From an uncultured Planctomycetaceae bacterium (lineage in GTDB: Bacteria > Planctomycetota > Planctomycetia > Pirellulales > PALSA-1355), in assembly GCA_963785305.1 (NCBI GenBank), contig CAWAUV010000005.1, positions 96,001 through 160,000 on the forward strand: a stretch of DNA of 64,000 bases. The letters are read 5' to 3'. Made by a program: the position numbers and the translations under genes. A model generated the notes under the pieces. It was given only the letters and a program-made list of their open reading frames with translations, was not told the origin of the DNA and searched no databases. Every line of letters starts with the position of its first letter. The stretch's first letter is position 1. Shown here in pieces: positions 24,412 to 35,615 of the stretch.

Positions 24412-25284
24412 TCACACGGTTTCCGATTTCACGTCTTTCAGCATTTCAAGAATTTTTTGGGCCGAGGCCGGACGTGCGCTGGGCTCCGACTCGATGCAGG
24501 CGTGAATCGTGGCCGCGATTCGCGGATGCACCTTCGGGCAGAATGTCTTGAGCCCCGCCGCATCAGCCACGCCATGGCTCATGGCCGCTTGCCCGGTGGC
24601 GCCGCGGGGCCACGGCAAATCGCCCGCGAAGAGCTCGAACACCGTAACGCCGAAAGCAAAGATATCGAGCCGCTGATCGGCCTTCTTACGCCGCACAAGC
24701 TCGGGCGCCATGTAGTTCGGGGTGCCGGTGCGGTTGCCCGGCTGCATGAACGGCGCGGTGGCCGGCACCGTAAGTCCGAAGTCGATCAGTTTGAGCGATT
24801 TTCCATCTCGCGCCACGACAAAGTTGCGCGGGCAAATATCGCGGTGGATGAATCCGCTGGCGTGCACCACCTGCAACGCCTCGGCCGCTTGCCGCAAGAG
24901 CGCGAGACGATTGCCATCGAGCATCGTATTGCGGGCCACGATCAGCGAGTTGAGGCCGGCGCCGTCGAGAAACTCCATCACGAGGAACTGCTGATTCTCG
25001 GTCGACAATCCATGTTCATAGGTCTCGACGATCAACGGGTGATGAAACCGCATCGCGATCTCGCCCTCCGTCGGGCGATCGAGACCCACGAACCGCGCCT
25101 CGAGCGCTTTGGTTTTATCGGCGTCGAGCAACTTGAGACCCACTATGCGATCCGTTTGCCTATCACGGGCCATGTAAAACGACGACATGGTGCCCGAGAT
25201 CGCTTCGCGCAGGAGCTCGAAACGCGACTTGATATCGACTTTGCTGCCTCGGAGCAGATTGCGAAAATTACCCAACAAACCCAT
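24412..25284 (-). CDS. Hanks-type Ser/Thr protein kinase
   Basis: VGLK, HRDICPRN, LIDFGL, GTPNYMAPE, DIFAFG. Confidence 0.92.
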   Translation of the reverse strand: MGLLGNFRNLLRGSKVDIKSRFELLREAISGTMSSFYMARDRQTDRIVGLKLLDADKTKALEARFVGLDRPTEGEIAMRFHHPLIVETYEHGLSTENQQFLVMEFLDGAGLNSLIVARNTMLDGNRLALLRQAAEALQVVHASGFIHRDICPRNFVVARDGKSLKLIDFGLTVPATAPFMQPGNRTGTPNYMAPELVRRKKADQRLDIFAFGVTVFELFAGDLPWPRGATGQAAMSHGVADAAGLKTFCPKVHPRIAATIHACIESEPSARPASAQKILEMLKDVKSETV

Positions 25285-25392
25285 GTCTTCAGTGTCCGTG
25301 ACCGCAAAATCGAGGAACCCGGCCGAAGGAATCGGCGCCGTGTCCATCGTAAATAGCCTGCCGGGCGCCGGCAAGTCGCCGGCGGCGATCCG

Positions 25393-27381
25393 CTATCGTG
25401 GCAGCTCGACCGCGACCATTTCCTCGCCATTTCGCACAAAAAGCCGGCCCCGGGCCAAGCTGGGCATGTTCCATGTCTTACCGACTAGCAAGGAATCTCG
25501 TCCCAGTTCAACGAGCCGCTGGGGATTGGCCTCGAGCAGAATCACTTCGCCCGATTCCGAGACCACGAGCAACAATTGCTGTTCTTCGAGCAGCAGCACC
25601 TGTCCATGGCCGAAGCGGCCTTGTTTCCAGCGGCGCTTGCCCGATTGCAAATCGAGGCAGCAAAAAATGCCGTCGTCGAAGCCATAGATGGCGTCGCCGG
25701 CCACGACAAAATCGCTCAGCGAGGTCTTCAACCCCTTCGACCACCACTTCTGGCCGGTCGGTCTCGGCTCGTTTGTCGCGGCTTCTGCTCCCAAGGCGAG
25801 CGCTTCCGGGCCGCGTGCTTCCGAGGCGGGGCCGGTTGCATCGCTGAGCGACGCCTCTTCCAGGTCGACACGGGCCACGCCCGCGGCGGCTTGCACAATG
25901 AAGCCGTGGCCATCGCCCACCGGCTGCGGCTGCGTGACCGGCATCATCACACCGGGCTTGAGCGTCAAGAACGCGGCTATTTTTCCATCGGCCGGGTCGA
26001 CCGCGGTTAGCTGCCGATCGCCAAGCTGAGCCACCAAGGTCCGGCCGGCAAGCTCGACCCGTTGAGGAGAACTGTAGCCGACAACTCCGGCGTCGGTGGT
26101 CCAAACAAGCTCGCCGGTCTGTTCCTGATAGGCGAGCAAACTCTTTTTCGCGTCGCCGCCGGCAAACACGATCACGAGCCCACGCTCGACGAGCGGCGAC
26201 GCTGAAAATCCCCATTGCGGCGTCGGGGCGCCGGAGTCGGCGGCAATGTCTCGGGTCCACACCAGGGCGCCGGTCGAAGCATCGAGCGCATTGAGCCGTC
26301 CTCGGCCGCCGAGCGAATAGATGTGGCCATTGGCAAACGTCGGCGTCGCCCGCGGCCCGGCGCCCGAAAGCGGTTCCTCGAAGCGCTCCTCATCGCCGTG
26401 GGTCCAAAGCTCGTCGCCACTCGAGGCATCGTAGGCGACGACCATTTCTTGCGGCCCCCGCTGTTCTTGGGTAAAGAGGCGTCCATCGACCACCGTCATG
26501 CTCGACCAGCCGGGGCCGACGCGCCGCGACCAAAGTTTCTGGGGCGGATGCGCTTGCCAATCCGTCGATATCCTCAGACCGGCGACGTGGCCATCGCGAG
26601 CCGGTCCACGAAAGTCGGGCCAATCGCCCGGCTGCACGGCCAGCGGCGCCGAACTCGGGGGCGAAACCTCGTTCGAGGCCAATGCCTTGGCGGCGGCCCC
26701 ATTGTCAGAGATGGCCAACGCGTCGCTTGGCTCGGCGGCCGGCGGCGCCGGTGTGATCGGTTTGCCGTCGGCCATCCGCGAGCGCAAAAACTGTTCCTCG
26801 GGCGTTGGCTCCCAGCGCCATTGCGTGATGGCCTGTTGACCGCCCGAGAGGCCCTCGGAGCGGAGCAGCGCCATGTACCCCCAAGTCATCATGCAGACGG
26901 CAAGATATCCGGCGAGCTGGGCTCGCATGGACCAAGTTCGCGTGAGCCAACACCACGCGGCGCCGCCGGTAAAGGCCAACGGCAGGCCAAACATCGTGAG
27001 TGCGAGCACATTCAGCGAGCGATCGACGATCAGCATCGCCAGGAGCTCGCCGCCGATCAAAGCCGCCGCCGCGCCGAGCCGAACCCGCCAAGCCACGCGG
27101 CCATTGGTAAACCACCATAGGGTCATTGCGAGCAGCAGCGCCAGATGCATGGACATGCGCGAAAGAAACCGCGCGAGCGATGAAAGCTCGACGTGCGGCA
27201 CGGCGAAGTAATATCCCCAGTAGAGCGCCAGCAACAGCACCGCCGGCCAAACGCGCGGCGGCCGGCCGACGCCACTTGGCCGCGCTGCGTGCGTGGCGTC
27301 GGCTGTCCGTGAAATCGTGGCGCTGCCCGCGCCCGGCGATCCGTGCGCCGCGTCGCGTGGGGCGTTTTCCTCTCGATGCAT
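25393..27381 (-). CDS. Membrane protein with PQQ-like (BamB-like) beta-propeller
   Basis: N-terminal transmembrane helices, DWPDFRGPARDG, GPRATPT, KTWNMPSLARGRLFVRN. Confidence 0.87.
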   Translation of the reverse strand: MHREENAPRDAAHGSPGAGSATISRTADATHAARPSGVGRPPRVWPAVLLLALYWGYYFAVPHVELSSLARFLSRMSMHLALLLAMTLWWFTNGRVAWRVRLGAAAALIGGELLAMLIVDRSLNVLALTMFGLPLAFTGGAAWCWLTRTWSMRAQLAGYLAVCMMTWGYMALLRSEGLSGGQQAITQWRWEPTPEEQFLRSRMADGKPITPAPPAAEPSDALAISDNGAAAKALASNEVSPPSSAPLAVQPGDWPDFRGPARDGHVAGLRISTDWQAHPPQKLWSRRVGPGWSSMTVVDGRLFTQEQRGPQEMVVAYDASSGDELWTHGDEERFEEPLSGAGPRATPTFANGHIYSLGGRGRLNALDASTGALVWTRDIAADSGAPTPQWGFSASPLVERGLVIVFAGGDAKKSLLAYQEQTGELVWTTDAGVVGYSSPQRVELAGRTLVAQLGDRQLTAVDPADGKIAAFLTLKPGVMMPVTQPQPVGDGHGFIVQAAAGVARVDLEEASLSDATGPASEARGPEALALGAEAATNEPRPTGQKWWSKGLKTSLSDFVVAGDAIYGFDDGIFCCLDLQSGKRRWKQGRFGHGQVLLLEEQQLLLVVSESGEVILLEANPQRLVELGRDSLLVGKTWNMPSLARGRLFVRNGEEMVAVELPR

Positions 27382-27866
27382 GCTAGCACTCCTTTTTTTG
27401 CGAATCGGCAGCTCGATACCGCCGCGTTCGCCTCGCTATCGCCGGACCGGAACGCATTCGTTCCTTGGGGGAAAGCACGCGCACGGCCGCGTTAATGTAC
27501 CAGTGCCGCCGGGACCGGGAACATATTGAAATCAGCGGTTCGCGGCGCCGGGGGGGGCTTTCGTGCTCTTTGGCTCAAAGAATTGCTCCCTCGCATTCGC
27601 AAACAAGAGGTCTCTTTCGGCGACGATTTTTTCGCATCTGGCGATTGTGCGGGCGATCGGCCACGGGTCCCGCCAGGAAATTCGCCGCGCCAAATCGACC
27701 GTTCGTTGCGACATATCCTTCGGCCCTCGGGGGCCTGCGATTGCGACGTACATTCTCGTCGTGGGCCGCAAAAATGCGCGCGACCGGGGGCCGACGACGT
27801 TGGCGTGGCTGTCGTCGGGCCATGGCGCCCGCGAATTTACCCTATGACTTCCGGGCTCCGTTTTCC

Positions 27867-29897
27867 ATGATCTCGCTCCGTTTCGACCGGATATCTCGCC
27901 GCTTCGTCGGGCATGACTCGCGCCGCGCGAAATCGATCGGCGCCGCGCTCGTCGGCGGCTGGATCGCAATCGCGCCAGCGCCGGCGATCGGACTCGCCAG
28001 CAACAGCGGTCCCGAATATGTGGCCCCGCCCGCGGCGGCGAGCGATATTTCCACGCGTCCCCTGGTGGCGCTCGACACCGGAGCGCACACCGGCTGGGTC
28101 ACGCGACTACTCGCGAGCCCCTATAACAACGAACTGATCAGTATCTCGCACGACAAAACCGTGCGATTCTGGGACATCGCCACCGGCGAAACGACGCGCG
28201 TGCTGCGCCCGCCGGTGGGGCCGGGCATGCAAGGCCGGTTGCATGCCGCGGCGATCTCGGCCGATGGCCGCCTGCTCGCGATCGGCGGGGAATCGGCGCT
28301 GCTCGCGCCGAACGATCATCGCGTGCTCCTCATTGCCCTGCCCGAAGGCCAAATCGCGCGAACGCTTCGCGGACACAACGGCCCGATTCGCGATCTCGCT
28401 TTTTCGCCCGACGGCAGCCGCCTCGCTTCGGCCAGCGACGATCGCACGGCACGGGTCTGGGATCCCGCGACCGGCGAGCTTTTGCAAACGCTCGCCGGCC
28501 ATCAAGATCGTGTGTCGAGCGTCGCCTGGTCGCCCGACGGAGGCAGCCTCATCAGCGGTTCGTGGGATCGGACGGCCCGCGTGTGGAATCTCGCGGAACG
28601 GTCTCGCGCTGTCGCCGCCGGGAAATCGCCGAATCCGCTCTCGCGGATCGCGATATCGCCGATCATGGCGGCGCCAGTGACGATCGAGCATGGCGAAAAG
28701 GTGATGAGCGTCGCCTGGCTTTCCAGTGGACGTGGGCTCATCACCGGCGGGGGGCAAGCCATTCGCTGGTGGTCGCCGGCCGGCGCCTCGCTCCATGCTT
28801 GGGACGACTTGCCTGAACGCATTCAGCGATTCACGGTCTCGGCCGACGCCTCGCGGCTGGTTTACGCCTGGGGCAGCATGAACCACGACGACCACGGCTC
28901 GGCGGTACTGAGCCTCGCGAATCGGCGCGAGATCAGCCGCTTTCTCGACCATCGCAACACGCCAATGGACGGCATTTTTCTGCCCGATGGCCAAGCGGTC
29001 GCCAGTTGCGCTTCGTCGACGGAAATTTGTATTTGGCGATGCGATTCGGGACAACCGATTCAGCGCATCGAGGGGCCGGGCGACGTGGTCCGCGCCGTGG
29101 GCTGGAGCCCCGACGGACATCGCATCGCCTGGGGACAAGCCACCTCGCCCGGCGCGGCGATCCATGCCACGCTGCCACTGGAGCATACATTCGATCTCGC
29201 CACACTCGGCGTGGGACCGCCGCCCGAAGGCTCCTATCAGCGGGCGATCAGCCAGTCCGGCGGCCTGCGGATCGAGCGCACGAGCAATCAAGTCGCCATG
29301 GTATTCCGCGGCGGCCAACCGCTCGCCACGCTTCGACTCGAGCAAGCGGCTGATCGCCTTCGCGCCAAAACTCTGCTGCCCGGCGGGCGGGCGGCGCTCG
29401 CTTCGAGCAACGGGGTGATGATCCATGATATTGCCAGCGGTCAACCGCTCGGACGCCTCGCCGGCCACGCCGACACGGTGTGGGCCTTGGCGCCCTCGCC
29501 CGACGGCCGCTTTCTGCTTACCGGCGGCGGCGATCAAACGATGGAGATCTGGAATCTCGCCACGGGACGGCGATTGCTCTCGCTCTTTATCGGCGGCAAG
29601 CAGTGGATCGCCTGGACGCCCGAGGGCTACTTCGCGGCATCGCCCGGCGGCGAATCGCTCATGGGTTGGCTAGTGAATCGCGGAGCCGAGCACATGGCCG
29701 ACTTCTACCCGTCGTCCGAATTTCACGAGTCGCTTTACCGGCCCGATGTGATCGCCCGGCTGCTCGAAACGGGCGATGTCGCCACGTCGCTCGCCGCCGC
29801 CGACCGTGCGCACCGCGAACAATCGGCCCCGATCATCCTCGACACGCGCCCGACATCGCGGCCCGAAGCCGCGGACACGAAGCGCGCCAAGCCATAG
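27867..29897 (+). CDS. WD40-repeat protein
   Basis: Multiple GH...AFSPDG..LAS.SDDRTARVWD repeats; WIAWTPEGYF motif near the C-terminus. Confidence 0.88.
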   Translation: MISLRFDRISRRFVGHDSRRAKSIGAALVGGWIAIAPAPAIGLASNSGPEYVAPPAAASDISTRPLVALDTGAHTGWVTRLLASPYNNELISISHDKTVRFWDIATGETTRVLRPPVGPGMQGRLHAAAISADGRLLAIGGESALLAPNDHRVLLIALPEGQIARTLRGHNGPIRDLAFSPDGSRLASASDDRTARVWDPATGELLQTLAGHQDRVSSVAWSPDGGSLISGSWDRTARVWNLAERSRAVAAGKSPNPLSRIAISPIMAAPVTIEHGEKVMSVAWLSSGRGLITGGGQAIRWWSPAGASLHAWDDLPERIQRFTVSADASRLVYAWGSMNHDDHGSAVLSLANRREISRFLDHRNTPMDGIFLPDGQAVASCASSTEICIWRCDSGQPIQRIEGPGDVVRAVGWSPDGHRIAWGQATSPGAAIHATLPLEHTFDLATLGVGPPPEGSYQRAISQSGGLRIERTSNQVAMVFRGGQPLATLRLEQAADRLRAKTLLPGGRAALASSNGVMIHDIASGQPLGRLAGHADTVWALAPSPDGRFLLTGGGDQTMEIWNLATGRRLLSLFIGGKQWIAWTPEGYFAASPGGESLMGWLVNRGAEHMADFYPSSEFHESLYRPDVIARLLETGDVATSLAAADRAHREQSAPIILDTRPTSRPEAADTKRAKP

Positions 29898-29958
29898 CAG
29901 CCTGTTGAAATATTCAACAGGCCGCGCCGCCGGGCCGATAGCCGCGCGGCGCCAAGAA

Positions 29959-32104
29959 CTATTCCGAGCGATGTTCGAGTTCCACCACCGTGGCCTTCGC
30001 GTCGCTCGAAAGCGTGAGCGGCGCAGTCCCAGATCACGGCGGCCGTCTTGCAAATGCCCGACGGACCCTCGAGGCAGTAATAATACACGAGCGAAAGTTT
30101 GAGATGCTCTTGGCCCGAGGACTTGGTCGCCGGCAGCTTGATCTCGAAATGCTTGGCTCGCTCGGGCACTTCGACCCATTTGCCGAGCGCCGCCCGGTCG
30201 AGCGGGCCATCGTCGCCGGAGGCTTCGAGCATATAACGCAGCGGGGCCTCGGGATTGATCTTGTAGCCCTTCGGTAGTTTGAGCGACACCGCGATCCGCA
30301 CCGCCCCATCGACCGCGCGGACCGATACCGGCTCGACCTTCACTTGCTCGGCGCCGGTGAGACTCGGCTTCGATTCGGCTCGCTTGGCTTCGGGCGCCGC
30401 GAGGCCCTCGATCGTGAGCGTGGACACGGCGTTGTCGTGATCGAGATCGACCACGCGAATCTTGTGGTTGTTCGTGTCGGCCACATAGAGCTTGCCGGCG
30501 GCGTGGCTGATGCCGGTCGGTTCACGAAACCGCGCCGGCTCATCGGAATCGCCTGGCGCGCCACCGACCAGCGTCTTCACGCTCCGCGTTTTGGGATCGA
30601 CGATCTTGATCTTGCTGTTGTAGGTGTCGGCCACATAGAGCACATCGCGGGCGTAGGTCAGGCCGAGCGGATGCTGCAAGAGCGCTTTGCCCTGCGGTCC
30701 ATCTTGATCGCCGAAGGTGAATAGCCGGCCACCTTGCAACCCGGCGGTTCCAATCACGGTGCGAACCGACTCGCGCGGATTGAACGGCACGGCGCGAATC
30801 GAACTGCCTTCGCTATCGGCCACATAGAGCCAATGCTCGTCGGCGGCCAGTCCGCTGGGCTGGGCAAACGACGCGAAGCCTTCTTCATAGGGCTCGGCGG
30901 GCGAAAGCGGGCCATCGACAATGTCCTCGCGGCCATTGCCGGCGTAGGGGCCAATCGTGCTTTCATCGAGCGGCATTCGCCAAATCTGGTGCGGCCCGGC
31001 CATGGCGATATACAGGTCGCGTTTGTGAATCTTCAGGGCCCAGGGACTATTGAGCGGAGTGTGCTTCGGCTTGCCCTGCCAATGGCGCGGACGGCCGGGA
31101 AAGCCGGTGCCCTGCTTGCCGGTCCCGGCGATGGTGGTGACCGTCTTCTTTTCGAGATCGACTTTGCGCAGCATGTGGTTTTCGGTGTCGGCCACATAGA
31201 GCGTTTTGCCCTCGAGGGCCATGCCTTGCGGGTGGTTGAACGAAGCGTGGGCAAAGTCGCCATCGGCCTCGCCGAGTTGGCCGCCGCCGATCACGTCTTG
31301 CAATTTGCCGGCAAGATCGGCGACCACGATCCGATCGTGATTGCTATCGGCGATAAAGAGCCGACCGCTCGCTTCGTCGGCGAGCACCTTGCCCGGAAAG
31401 CGGAGCGGAGTCTGCTTGGCCTTGCCAGCGGCCAAGTCGAAGCGAAGCGGAGTTTCGTCGAGCAGGCCGCGGCGCTTGTAATAGGTCACGGCCTTCTTGA
31501 TAAACGCGTTGAGCGTGTCGAAATCGATCTCGCCGCTGCTGGCCCCGATCACATAGCCCTCGGGATCGATCACGCGAAAACTCGGCCAACTACTGATTTG
31601 ATAGCGATCCCAAATCGCATGCTCGGAATCGTTGACGACCGGGTGTTCGATCTCGTAGCGCATCACGGCTTCGGTAATGCTCTGGCTGTCTTTCTCCTGG
31701 GCAAACTTGGCCGAATGCACGCCGATCACCACGACCTCATTTGGGTAGGCATGCTCGATTTTCTTGAGCACCGGCAGAATGTGCATGCAGTTGATGCAGC
31801 AATAGGTCCAGAAGTCGAGGATCACGATCTTGCCGCGCAGGTCCTGCACATCGAGCGGGCCGCCGGTATTGATCCAGTCGCCGCCCGAGAGCGAGGGCGC
31901 TTTGACGCGCTGCTTGAAGGGATTGTCGCTGGCCTCTTGGCCGTCGGCGGCTTTCGCGGCGACGCGCGCCGTGGGGGCGGAGCTTGTCGCGCGCGGGCGA
32001 GCCGCCGCGGGCTCGTCGGCGCCGGGAGCGCTCGGATCGGCGGCCAAGGCCGAGTGCGACATAATCGCAAAGCTCGCTAGCAAGGCGACGATCGAGATTC
32101 GCAT
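29959..32104 (-). CDS. Thioredoxin plus NHL-repeat protein (NHLRC2/SOQ1-like); frameshift near 30030
   Basis: LDFWTYCCINC, IGVHSAKF, repeated LYVADT.N motifs; the corrected frame ends VVELEHRSE with TAG at 29959. Confidence 0.88.
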
Positions 32105-32490
32105 CCCGCCGCAAGGGACTCGATGCGCCAATCGCCGCGAAAAAAAATTCGAGCAATCAAAATCGAGGCGATCGAATTGCCGGCTATTGAACGACTTCAT
32201 GGCGTGCATCCAGGGGTGGGGGGCCGCGGGACAGGCTCGATCGCCATCTTAACCTCGGGCGAAAGCCAGCTAAAGGCGCCGGGGGCGCCGATGGGAAAAC
32301 CGACGCGAATTTGCGATTCGAGCGGGCAAATAGGGGTCGCGACTCTCGCCGCCAAACCCCATTCCACCCGTCTTTCCCAATATCCGCAATCGGGTCCGTT
32401 TTTGGGTCGTGCCAAGAAATCGGTCGGTGGATGGCTTTTGCGGAATGGATTTGAAAAAAAACGACGTAACCGCTTGAAATCCAAGGGGTC

Positions 32491-32519
32491 TTGACGAATA
32501 ATTAATTGAATGCTAATTA
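32491..32519 (+). promoter_or_regulatory. Sigma70-like promoter in an AT-rich patch upstream of the PDZ gene
   Basis: TTGACG (32491-96), 17 bp, TAATTA (32514-19) with an extended-10 TG; TAATTAA occurs twice. Confidence 0.5.
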
Positions 32520-32625
32520 AAAGCAAACACAATTCTAACAATTGATTCCCTGGAAGCCGATTTAACCCTCGGCCAAGGGCAGGATAACAGGTTGCCGCGT
32601 TTTTGATCGATGGGAGGGCTGACTC

Positions 32626-33255
32626 ATGCGACATGCGCGAAATTTTCGGTCGACGGGGGTTTTCTTCGCGTCGTGCTTTTTTCTTTTCGCCAGCGTGGGC
32701 TGGTCTCAGGAAAATCGTCCCGCGGCGTTGGGCGTGACGCTGCGCGAGCCCGCGGTCGGCGCCCCGATCGAGGGCGCGGTCGTTAGTTCCGTGGCGCCGC
32801 GGTCTCCGGCCGCCCTGGCCGGCTTGCGGCCGGGTGATGAGATTCGATTCGTCGACGATCAGCGAATTCTTTCCTCGCAAGACCTCGTCGAGGAAATTCG
32901 TGCTCGCGAGCCCGGCTCGACGGTCGATTTGGTGATTGTTCGGGGCGGAGCGCGACAACTTGTGCGCACCACTTTGGTTCCCGCCGCCGCAATTTCCGGC
33001 GCGGGCCCGGCGCCGAACCGCTCGAATTCGATCGCCGCCTATCGCTCAGTGAGCGGATCGTCGCTGCAAGGCGAGGCGGCGGCGAATCCGGAAGTTCGCG
33101 TTCTTGAGCGGCAGATTTTGCGTTTGCAGCGTCAAATGGAAAATATGCGAGCCAATCAAAACGGTCGCCTTGTCGAGCAGCAGGATATGCGGAGCATCGA
33201 CTGGGGCTGGAATGGCCACGGCGTGCATAACGACGACCCGGCCCTATTCCAATAA
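32626..33255 (+). CDS. Exported PDZ-domain protein
   Basis: Signal peptide; ALGVTL...VSSVAPRSPAALAGLRPGDEI; short coiled coil. Confidence 0.8.
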   Translation: MRHARNFRSTGVFFASCFFLFASVGWSQENRPAALGVTLREPAVGAPIEGAVVSSVAPRSPAALAGLRPGDEIRFVDDQRILSSQDLVEEIRAREPGSTVDLVIVRGGARQLVRTTLVPAAAISGAGPAPNRSNSIAAYRSVSGSSLQGEAAANPEVRVLERQILRLQRQMENMRANQNGRLVEQQDMRSIDWGWNGHGVHNDDPALFQ

Positions 33256-33403
33256 CGCCCCTTGCCGATCGCGGCCACGAAGGCCAGCGACGCCGCGATC
33301 TTTCTCGTAAAATAAATAAAATCGCTTTGCGTGGTCGACGCAAGGCGTTTTTTTCGCGCCATGACGCGTGAGCGCAGCGGCGCGAGTCAGGCGAAGCTGG
33401 CGA

Positions 33404-35177
33404 TCAAAAGTTGAAATCGAGTCGCGTGCCAATCTGATTGATGACGCCGTCGCCAGTGAATCGAGAACCGTTGAGGCTGGCGAGCGTGCCGGGATAGGTC
33501 GCGGAGACCGCGTTGTCGATCCATGAGGCGACGTAATTGACCTGGAAACGGGCATTCGGGTTGAGGAACCAGTTGACGCCCCAGGTCATGTCGCGCTCGT
33601 CGCCGCCGTTGACGAGGCCCGAGTTGAGGTTGAGGTAATCGAGCCGGCAGCCAATTTGCCAAGCGCCCAGCCGCAACAGCCGGCACCGCGCACGATGTGG
33701 GCGTTCGAGATCGGCACGACACGATTGAATATGCCGGCTTGGCGGTTGTAAATCCGGTTTTCGCCGGTGAGGAAATACAGCAGTTCGCAGTAGCCGCCGG
33801 AGAAATTGACATTGCCCAGGGATTGGCCGCCCTGGGTGACGGCGGCGCCGCCGAAGTAGGAGCGTTCGTACTCGGCCTGCAACAGCCACGACCCCCACTG
33901 CACGGCGAGCTCGGGGTTGAAGAGCGCTTGGTTCGCGGCGTAGAAGTTGCCCGTGTCGGCATAGTTCGGGTCGAGGGTCGACGCGGTATTGCGGAGGTCG
34001 CCCCGGGAGCGAACGCGCACGTTCGTGCCGGCCTGATAGCCTTGCAGTTCGGTGTTGAAGGTGCGGAACTCGCCGCCGAAGCCCGTATGCACCATATAGC
34101 GGCCGTTGGTCAGCTCGTCGTAGTAGGGTGTCCAGATCACGCGGCCGCCATAGATATAGTCATTGTTGCCGAGCATGTAGGTGTAGCCGGAGTCGTATTC
34201 GTTGTTGACATAAGCGCCGAGTTGGATTCCGGCGCGCTGGTTTTCCGTGTTTCGGAATGTCGAGACGCCGGGCGTGTAACCGTTGTTATTCGGTCCGTTG
34301 AAGGCGTCAAAGATCGGCGCGCGTTCCATGAAGTCTTGGAATCGCGAGCTTTCGATATGCTGGAGGCTGAGCCAATCATCTTGGTTGCCCACCCGGATAT
34401 TGCTCACGACCGGCAGTTCCTTGAATGTGAGAAATACGGTCGTGGGCTGAATCACGTTGATCGTATTGCCGGCTTGTTGTCCGACGCCGGTCGGAAAGCT
34501 GCGCAGACCCGCGGCGGCCGCGTTGGCGGCAAGCTGGCTGGTGTTTTGCAGCGCCATGGCAAAGTCGAATTCAAAAATGTAGTCGATGTTCTCATACATC
34601 GTGCCTTCGGCGCCGAGCCGCAACCGGCGGAATTCGGCCGTGTCCAAAGTGCCCGCGCCACCGGGAACTCCAATGCCCGGAGCTGGGTTCTGAATATTGA
34701 TCCAGTCGAGCTGCGCCACGCCGCGAATATGCGACTTGAAGTCGCCGTTGCGCGTCGAGAAGACGAGACCCTCGGGCGCCCACTTTCCGACCATCGTGGT
34801 ATCGCTGCCGACGACATACCCTTGGCTCGCGGCCGAGTTTTGCCGCTTCAAACTCTCATCGAGCTCCGCCACGCGGGCTTCCAAGGCCGTCATGCGGGCG
34901 TTGGTTCCCGTGGGCGTGGCCGGCGTGGCCCGCGACGCCAACATCGCCGGCGCGCCGAGCCATCGCCAGCGTCGCCGATGACCACCGGCGGCAGCGGCTC
35001 GAAGCCCACCACGGCGGAACTGGACTGCACGCCGCCGTTGGAATAGTACGCCGCGGCCGTGGCCTGATCTGGCACGGGGGGCGTCGTGTTCTGCGCATGA
35101 ACCATCGTGGCGGCGCCAGCAATCGCGAGGAAAGCGCTAACGGTCTTGAGCGCGAACCGGGCGAGGGAATTCCGCAT
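33404..35177 (-). CDS. OprO/OprP phosphate-selective porin family protein; two frameshifts
   Basis: FRRLRLGAEGTMY, FMER, YFLTGENR, TWGVNWFLNPNARFQVNY, C-terminal Phe (RLDFNF). Confidence 0.87.
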
Positions 35178-35615
35178 GCGTGAATCTCTTTGACGTGGGG
35201 ATGGCGTCGCCGCCAGGAACCGGGGCGAGTCGATACGGGGATCAAGCGTCGCGACGGGAATCTTCGGAATAAACGGAAGGCTGTGCGTTTTGCTTCGGAG
35301 CGCCAACGTCCCATTCTAAACGCGCATATCCGACGGCGGGCTTTTCTTGCGCAGCCGTTACAGATCGCCTCGATTGATCGCTACCTTTTACCAAGCCCCA
35401 GCCCTGGCGGCCGCGTTTCCGTCGAGATCCAATAAAGAAACACGACTCCCCGCGCATCGTCGGACCGATGTCGCGCCGCCGCCCAACGTGCGACGGAGCC
35501 AAGATTACGGCTATAATCGCACACGGATGTGGCGAGCGACGCGGTTGCGGCGCCCAAGGCTCGATCAACATTGCCCAATGGAATCGAAACGCGATTGGAA
35601 AGGCGAATCAATTCA

